From contig OX597817.1 of assembly GCA_951406725.2 (NCBI GenBank), forward strand, positions 171,554,001 through 171,618,000: a DNA stretch of 64,000 nt, written 5' to 3'. This DNA is from Octopus vulgaris (lineage: Eukaryota). Positions 55,446 to 64,000 of this stretch are shown piece after piece. Within the stretch, counting starts at the first letter, position 1. Every line of letters begins with the position of its first letter. Made by a program: the position numbers and the translations under genes. The notes under the pieces are model-generated. The model had not been told where the DNA came from, made no database searches, and was given only the letters and a program-made list of their open reading frames with translations.

Positions 55446-55915
55446 TAAATTTTTTTACAATAGGAACAAGGTCTGAAATTTGGGGGTGGGAGCCAGCTCA
55501 TTACATCGACTCCGGTACTCAAATGGTACTTGTTTTATTGACCTTGAAAAAATGAAAGCAAAGTCGACCTTGGCAGAATTTGAACTCAGACCTTAGTGAT
55601 GGACAAAATACTGCTAAGCATTTCATTCAGTGTGCAAACGATTCCACCAGCTTGCCGCCTTAGTCATAATATGAATGATGATGATGATGATGATGATGAT
55701 GATAATAATAATGATAATCCTTTCTACTAAAAAATAGGGCCTGAAATTTGGTAAGAGGGGACTAGTCAATTCGATCACTGGTACATAATTTATCGACTTC
55801 GAGAGGATGGAAGGTAAAGTCAACCTTGGCAGAATTAGAACTCAGAACATGAAGACAGACAAAATGCTGCTAAGCATTTTGCCTGGCATGCTAACAACTC
55901 TGCCAGCTCACTGCC

Positions 55916-55986
<71 letters not shown>

Positions 55987-56024
55987 CCTTTCTACTATAG
56001 GCACAATAATAATAATAACCATCA

Positions 56025-56072
<48 letters not shown>

Positions 56073-56405
56073 CATTATTATAAAATTCTTAATGGGCTGA
56101 TTTTTACCTCTTAGTTGGAGAAAGAAAAAAAAAAACCTAGGAGTGGTTAATCCAGCCATACAAAATCTGCAAGCATGGGAAAGTGGAAGTTGATGATGAT
56201 GAGTGATGGTGGAGCATATATGAGCTGAGGAAAAAACACAAAAACAAGGTATAAGAAGAATCAAATGTAGAGAGCAAGAGAGAGAGAGGGAGAAGAGTGT
56301 GTCAATATGGACAGGTGATGCATAGTAAGACAGTTAATGATTGAGTAAAGAAGAGCGTAGAGATTCAAGGGGAAGTAACCTGCAGAAGACAAAGAGTGAA
56401 GAAGA

Positions 56406-57090
56406 AGGAGTGGCTGTGTGGTAAGTAGCTTGCTTACAGACCACATGGTTCCAGGTTCAGTCCCACTATGTGGCACCTTGGGCAAGTGTCTTCTACTATA
56501 GCCTCAGCCCGACCAAAGCCTTGTGAGTGGATTTGGTAGACAGAAACTGAAAGATGCCCGTTGTATATATGTATATATATATATATATGATCTCTTGATC
56601 TCTTGAGCACCACCAGCAAAAAAAATTTTTTTCCTCTGTCTTCCCTTCTCGGGATCTTTCCTTCTCCTTTGTTTCCGACGAAGAGCTCCGCTCGAAACGT
56701 TAAACCCTCCTTCCCTTCTTTCCTGAGCGTCAAATAATACTTTAATTGTTCCACGTCCTCGCGTTGCTGTGTTTTTTTCTGTGTTTTCTTGTTTGGATTA
56801 ACTATATATATATATCATATATATATATATATATGATATATATATATGATATATATATATGTATGTGTGTGTTTGTGTATATTTGTTTGTCCCCCCAACA
56901 TCACTTGACAATCAATGCTGGTGTGTTTACGTCCCTGTGACTTAGTGGTTCGGGAAAAGAGACCGATAGAATAAGTACTAGGCTTAGAAAGAATAAGTCC
57001 TGGGGGGGGGGGTCGACTCGCTCGACTAACAGGCGGTGCTCCAGCATGGCCACAGTCAAATGACTGAAACAAGTAAAAGAGTGAAAGAGA
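56406..57090 (+). mobile_element. SINE family A interrupted in its internal (TA)n by a ~210-bp hammerhead-bearing insert
   Basis: Head 56406-56563, foreign sequence 56589-56802, body and tail 56860-57090. Confidence 0.88.
56671..56705 (+). ncRNA. Minimal (dimer-type) hammerhead ribozyme motif
   Basis: GUUU-CCGACGA-A-GAGC(UCC)GCUC-GAAACGUU-AAAC: stem I GUUU/AAAC, 4-bp stem II, palindromic AACGUU stem III, U4C variant core. Confidence 0.72.
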
Positions 57091-57261
57091 AGTAGTGTAA
57101 GTTGAGCTGAGCTGAGCTGAGCTGGTCACAGAGTGCTGAATATCTGGGAGAAATGTGCAGAGCAGCCTTTGAACACAAGCATTCACGAGGAAACAGCTGG
57201 ATGATGATGATGATGATGATGACAATGGCGATGATGATGATGATTCTTTTTCTTTTTTGTT

Positions 57262-57425
57262 TCTTTTACTTGTTTCAGTCATTTGACTGCGGCCATGCTG
57301 GAGCACCGCCTTTAGTCTAGCAAATCGACCCTGGGACTTATTCTTTGTAAGCCCAGTACTTATTCTATCGGTCTCTTTTTGCCGAACCGCTAAGTGACGG
57401 GGGATGTAAACACACCAGCACACAA

Positions 57426-57470
<45 letters not shown>

Positions 57471-57636
57471 TACGACAGGCTTCTTTCAGTTTCCGTCTAC
57501 CAAATCCACTCACAAGGCATTGGTCAGCCCGGGGCTATAGCAGAAGACACTTGCCCAAGGTGCCACGCAGTGGGACTGAACCCGGAACCATGTGGTTGGT
57601 TAGCAAGCTACTTACCACACAGCCACTCCTATGCCT
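57262..57636 (-). mobile_element. SINE family A
   Basis: Reverse complement of the consensus, tail-to-tail with the previous copy. Confidence 0.9.
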
Positions 57637-57668
<32 letters not shown>

Positions 57669-58621
57669 CATGATGATCATGATGGTCATGAACATGATGA
57701 TGATAACGATCCTGACCATGATAATGATGGTGGTGCTGTCCATGGTAGAGATTAAGTGGTGCTATTGCTGATTATATGGTGGTTGATGTTGGTGGTGGTG
57801 GTGGTGGTTGCAGTGGAATTGGTGGTGGTGATGGTGTAGTGGCAGGATGGTGGTGATCATGATGATGATGACGATGATGAAGACGATGATGGCAGTGATG
57901 ATGATGGTGAAAATGATGATGATGATGATGATGATAATGATAATAATGATGATGATAATGATGATGATGAAGATGACAACAGCGATGAGTTATGGTTCTG
58001 TCAATAGTTATGAAACTGACTGCAGTCCACTCCAGTCCCTAACCGATATATTGTGTGTGTTTGCTTGGTGGGGTGGTGGTGGAGACGCTATCTGGATTGG
58101 ATTGCATGATCTTCAAACAATACTAAACATAGATAATGGACACTGTGCTTCATTTTATCATAAACAAGTGGATGCATTAAAACTGTTTGCTTAAGCAACA
58201 GGGGAAAAAAAAAAAAAACCAAACCAAGAAAAAAAGCCAAAAGAAATAAGAAAACAAATACAAAATTTAAAAAAATACTGCAGAAAAATACAGAAAAGAG
58301 AGGAAAACTGTGCCATTTAGTTCGTTTCTAATTTGGAATCCAATATTGAGAATCTTCATAAAACTGAACACAATTTTCATCAAGAGTAAGCAGTTTTTTG
58401 GTGAAGTGTAAACTCAGAGTATTTTAAAGTGTAAACTGAGCCTAATCCTATGGTTTTGAGTTCAGTCCTTCTATGTTGCATCTTAGGCGAGTGTCTTCTA
58501 CTAAAGCCTTGAGTCAACCAAAACCTTGGGAGTGGATTTAGTTGACAGAGACTGAAAGAAGGCTGCAATACACAAACACACACATACACACATGCACACA
58601 ATATATATATATATATATATA

Positions 58622-59026
58622 TACTCTTTTACATGTTTCCATCATTTGACTGCGGCCATGCTGGAGCACCGCCTTTAGTCGAGCAAATCGACCCCGGGAC
58701 TTATTCTTTGTAAGCCCAGTACTTATTCTATCGGTCTCTTTTGCCGAACCGCTAAGTGACGGGGACGTAAACACACCAGCATCGGTTGTCAAACAATGCT
58801 AGGGGGACAGACACAGGCACAAACACATACACATACATACATATACATATATATACATATATACGACGGGCTTCATTCAGTTTCCGTCTACCAAATCCAC
58901 TCACAAGGCATTGGTCGGCCCGGGGCTATAGCAGAAGACACTTGCCCAAGATGCCACGCAGTGTGACTGAACCCAGAACCATGTGGTTGGTAAGCAAGCA
59001 ACTTACCACACAGCCACTCCTGCGCC
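58622..59026 (-). mobile_element. SINE family A, full length
   Basis: Reverse complement of the consensus, flanked by (TA)n. Older partial copies also occur at ~21700, 32740, 33480, 47860, 49845 and 60870. Confidence 0.92.
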
Positions 59027-59396
59027 TATATATATATATATATATATATATATGACGATGATGATGATGATGATGATATATATGTCATCATCATCATCAT
59101 CATCATCGTTTAACGTCTGCTTTCCATGCTAGCATGGGTTGGACGATTTGACTGAGGACTGGCGAACCAGATGGCTGCTCCAGGCTCAAATCTGATCTGG
59201 CAGAGTTTCTACAGCTGGATGCCCTTCCTAATGCCAACCATTCTGAGAGTGTAGTGGGTGCTTTTACATGCCACCGGCATGAGGGCCAGTCAGGCGGTAC
59301 TGGCAATGGCCACTCTCAAATGGTGTTTTTTACATGCCACCTGCACAGGAGCCAGTCCAGTGGCACTGGCAACGGCCTTGCTCGTTATATATATAT

Positions 59397-59557
59397 GTGG
59401 TTTCATGTTAAGGAATATCTCAACAATTATTCAAGCCTATCACATAGAAAAGTGGTATTTGTTTCCATTCTGGATTAAAACATTTTTTGAGACGAACATA
59501 ATTTTTCTATGTAATAGGCTTGAATAATTGTTGAGATATTCCTTAACATGAAACCAC
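59397..59557. repeat. 55-bp inverted repeat with ~50-bp spacer plus tail to ~59638
   Basis: gtggtttcatgttaaggaatatctcaacaattattcaagcctat.acatagaaaa and its reverse complement at 59503-59557. Confidence 0.92.
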
Positions 59558-59957
59558 TGTTACCATTGACAAACAAAGAAAGAATCTTTATTCACCAATG
59601 TGGTGTTGAGCACTCATTCTTATTGCTTGACATTTACGTGTATGTGTGTGTGTGTGTGTGTCTTAGAGCACAGGGATTTCATGACAGAAAATAAAGAATT
59701 TTAATTTTGGCTGATTTACATGAATATAACTTATTTTGTTGACACCCAAAATGGAGGAACAATAAAATCAACCTTGATGGGTTTTCAACATAAAATGTCA
59801 AAAAAAACAAAAACAAACAATATTGCATGTTTGGCGCTTACTCTAATATTTTATGATATCTTACTACTCCACAGCTATTTCTAGAATATGATATTAATGT
59901 CTTTTTTAGGCATATAAGTATGTAGCTTTAACCCTTTTCTTAACATGTTTCTGTTAA

Positions 59958-60178
59958 CCCTTTTGTTACTGTATTTATTTTGAGATGTTCTGTGTTTCTT
60001 TAAATTACTTTAAATATAACAAAGAATTTAGTAAGATTACTTAGTTATCGTTAAGCTAGTGTTAGGAACATAAATTGTGACTAGGGTTTGCTGGTATATT
60101 TTAATGAAAAACTAATGAAAACAAGACATTTATACTACAGAGCCAGAGCCGGTTTTGGCCGGGTTGGTAACGAAAGGG
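59958..60178. mobile_element. piggyBac-like MITE with TTAA target duplication, nested in a related older MITE (~59932-60374)
   Basis: ttaa|cccttttgttac ... gtaacgaaaggg|ttaa. The outer element starts ttaa|cccttttct and ends ggtagcaaggg. Confidence 0.85.
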
Positions 60179-63100
60179 TTAAAATGCACTGTTTTGTTTC
60201 AATTACATTTGAAAATATGAAGCAATTAGTAAAATAACACTGTCATTAATTAGCTGGTGATCGAAGCATAATTTAACACAAAATTATGATGGAAGGTTTT
60301 AATTTAGATCATTTAAAAACAGGAAACTTGCATCATAAAACTAGGGGCAGCCTTGGGTGGATTGGTAGCAAGGGTTTTAACAGAAAGTGATAGAAAGAGA
60401 TGGAAAGATCCTGCTAGCGATCTGAGTCTGTGGGACAATTATTTCCCTTTGTACTATCTTCCCAGTCATTTACTACCTGTAATTAATAACCAGGAGAGAT
60501 TGACTTCTCCTGGATGCTTGTTGGCTTGGAAAACCAAATGGATATCACATGAAAGATGGAATATATATACTGGCTTGGGAATGAAATTTGCTTAGGGGGT
60601 GCAAACCCAGGTCCAAAAATACTTACAAACAAGGTCTTATTATTATTTTTTTTTGTTATTTTTGTGTTTTGTTCTTTGAGAAGGAGCCTAACTTCAAGCT
60701 ACTTTTTACGCATCACTTTTTATTTACCGTTTTCTAAACCTGAGGAAAATAAGTAGGGCTGCAAATTTTGGTTCTGCAGTCCACAAAAATTCTAGGAAGC
60801 GCACTTGCACCACCTGCACTCTCTGTTCCAGGGCCCAAGAATATATATGAATTAACAATTATCTGTTGTCTTTTACCTGTTTCAGTCATTAGACTGTGGC
60901 CATGCTAGAGCACTGCCTTGAAAAATCTTAGTTGAAAGAATCAACTCCAGTGCTTTATTTTTAAACCAGGTACTTACCTTATCAGTCTCTTTTGCTGAAC
61001 TACTAAGTTATGGGGAGATACAAACACCAACACTGGTTGGTCAAGTGGTGGTGGGGGACAAACACTGACACAGAAACATACACACACACACATACAACAG
61101 GCTTCTTTCAGTTTCCATCTTCCAAATCCACTCACAAGGACAAGATGCTGTTCAATGGAACAGAACACCCAAGATCGCTCGGTTGGGAAGCAAGTCTCTT
61201 AACTAAGCAGCTGTGCTTGCATGGCGGTGAGATTATTTGAAAATCTAAACAAATTATGTAGAAGAATCTAGATAAATTATGCCTGATTACCATCAGAGAG
61301 AGAGAGGGGGGAGAAGGGGAGAGAGAGACAGAGAGAGACAGAAGGAGAAAGAGAGAGGGACACAATGTAAAATGTATGAAGTTTATTATTAAAACAAAGA
61401 TGACATATGTATGAAACAGAACTTATCTGAAGAGATAGTTTCATATTTCAGAAAAAAAGATGATGAGCTGAGTAAATAAGAACTTCCAATGTTGACATCA
61501 TGTTTTCCACAGAATGCATTCATCAGTCTGAAGAATTTTGGTAAAAGAAGAAACTTACCTATAAAGAGAAAAAGAAAAAAAAAAAAAGAAAAATACATTA
61601 ATATATTTGAATGGAAAAATCAGACAAAAATAGAAAATAAATGGAAAAATATGTAAACATACAAGGTAATATTGAGGAAACATTCTACAAGACAGCAACT
61701 TGTAATTTCCTTGTAGAATTCATTTAATATCGTAATATGTTTAATGATTCAAGTCTTCTCTTGAACTTTCAGCCATAATCAGAAATGAATTTGAAATAAA
61801 ATACAAAAAAAACCCAGATTCATTTATGGTGATAGAAAGAATTTATAAATAGCAATAAACTATTTAAGTACACAGGTGTAGCTGCGAGGTTAAGTTGTTT
61901 GTTTTCCAACCACATATTTTGGGATCATTCCCTTTGTATGGCACTTTGAGCAAAGAAAGAGACTAAAAGAAACCTGCAATATATATATATATATATACAT
62001 ATATAGATATATTGATAGATAGATACTAGATACATAGATAGATTTTGATATAGAGATGTATATGCATCATCATCATCATAATCATCCTCATCATTTAACG
62101 TCCGCTTTCCATGCTAGCATGGGTTGGACGATTTGACTGAGGTCTGGCGAACCAGACTCCAATCTGATCTGGCAGAGTTTCTACAGCTGGATGCCCTTCC
62201 TAACGCCAACCACTCCGAGAGTGTAGTGGGTGCTTTTACGTGCCACCGGCATGAGGGCCAGTTTGGTGGTACTGGCAGCAGCCATGCTCAAATGGTTCTT
62301 TTTATGTGCCACCTGCACAGGAGCCAGTCCAGCGGCACTGGCAATGACCTCACTCGAATGTTTCACATGCAACCACCACAAGTGCTAGTAAGGCGACGCA
62401 GGTAACGATCACGCTCAAATGGTGTGTTTAACATGCCATCGGCACAAGGGCCAGCTTGTTGCCAGAGCAACAATCTCACTCGTATGGTACTCTTGTATAT
62501 ATATTTATATGTGTCTTTGTGTGTGCCCTTATCTTGACATAACATGATGGTTGTATACAAGTGTCACCATTATATATGTGGTGTCGTTCATTGTTAGTGT
62601 TCCATGTAAACATGTCCAGCTAAGGGTATATATTACTTTGATTGCAAAAACAAGGGAGGGTTGATGACAGGAAGGGCATCCGGCCATACAAAATCTGTGT
62701 AAAAAAAAAATTCTTTCAGAACTATCCTAGCATGAAAAAATGGACATTAAAAGAATAAAAATGATGATAGTGATGATGATGGTGATGGTGGTAGTGGTGA
62801 TGATGATGATGATGATGATGAATATAAAAAGAAGTTTGAGGAAATAGGTGCATATGAATGTTACTTAACTGATGAAGCTTAGAAAATGAAAAATGCCAGA
62901 TGCTAAGAGTTTATGTAACTTTCTTTCTAATAATCTTAGACCCAGTTTATTTCAATTGATTGACATTGCCAAGACTGAAATGATACGGATTGTGAATTCC
63001 TACACAGCATGGTTCAAGTACATGTGTAAGAATAAAAATAGAAGCAAAAGTTAGTGACTGGGTGAATGAACAGTTGCCAAATATTGCAACACCTTCAATA

Positions 63101-64000
63101 GATTCACAATGCTAAACAACTTTGAAAATGAAAGTAAATTGAGGAAGTTCTTGGTGCATCTTGAGAGAGAGGGTTTTGACTTTAATCATGGTAAGTAGGC
63201 ATGGGATGAATGCCAGTCTGATCAGAAGAGTTGTTGAGGAAAATGTTACAAATCAAGGATTTAAAAGGAATTCTGGTCTGACCTTTCCCAAAGTGTAGAA
63301 AGGCAATTGAAATAATGTCAATGTATAAAAGAAACACACACACACGCACACACTTCTCAACAGAGATTATAGTTAACCTTTGCTTTTACTTTATGGATAT
63401 CACTAATCAATTATGCAAAATGAATGTGTAAACACCAGACAGTTGTTGAATATGCTACGATAAGAAACTGTCCCTGGCTTTTGTGTTACATTAATACTTG
63501 CTTTCTATAAAGAGAGATATTTATCTGTTCATAATACAGTATAAAACTGGCTATAAAGATATTGTTCAGACTGGGTTTTAATATGTTTTTCCTTTCTTCT
63601 CTTTATGATTGCAATTTTCCTTTCGTGTGCTTCTAGATGATTGCTGTCTGGGATCTAGTCAACAATTTAAAGACAATGAACTTTTGCTGAGAAGAAAATT
63701 AGACTCCTATTATCCTTTAGCTGGCTGAGCTACTTTTGAGGAGTTGTTAGATTAAGATCAGTAATCAAAACAGATTAACTTTAGACAAATGGCTGCAGTA
63801 TAATCTGAAGGAAATTGATGATCAATTCTGCTCTGAAAATTGTTTTCATAGAAACAAATAATAACCCTTAAACTAACATAACAACAACATCCACAACACT
63901 TGCACAAGAACAACCATCTTTAGATAAACTGGGACAACAATAACCACCTGTAATCTAGTTGAGGACACTTATATTAGATCAGGTTTCGATTAGAAATTAC

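Overview
AT-rich, microsatellite- and SINE-dense eukaryotic DNA. The repeat landscape is what I associate with Octopus (coleoid cephalopod); this is inference. The only convincing host coding sequence is one 802-bp minus-strand exon of a junctophilin gene (21594->20793: MORN repeats, Ser-rich joining region, start of the alpha-helical domain) with canonical splice sites. I found no other junctophilin exon, so the rest of the window is probably giant introns. These introns contain several tRNA-derived SINE families, RTE, CR1-like and R4/Dong-like LINE fragments, a non-autonomous Helitron, a Helentron-type element, nested TTAA-flanked MITEs and a near-perfect 58 x 78-bp tandem array (10026-14552) that generates the very long ORFs. 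The most notable signal is a set of short elements inserted into (TA)n tracts that carry type I hammerhead-ribozyme motifs (about 30.3k, 48.25k, 52.2k, 53.5k, 56.7k) and/or long fold-back palindromes (2.2k, 29.5k, 30.3k, 35.4k, 42.7k, 59.5k). They are consistent with Penelope-like retroelement termini. Most hammerhead motifs lie on the junctophilin sense strand, and each of those carries a visible defect. All family assignments are by eye; no database search was run.
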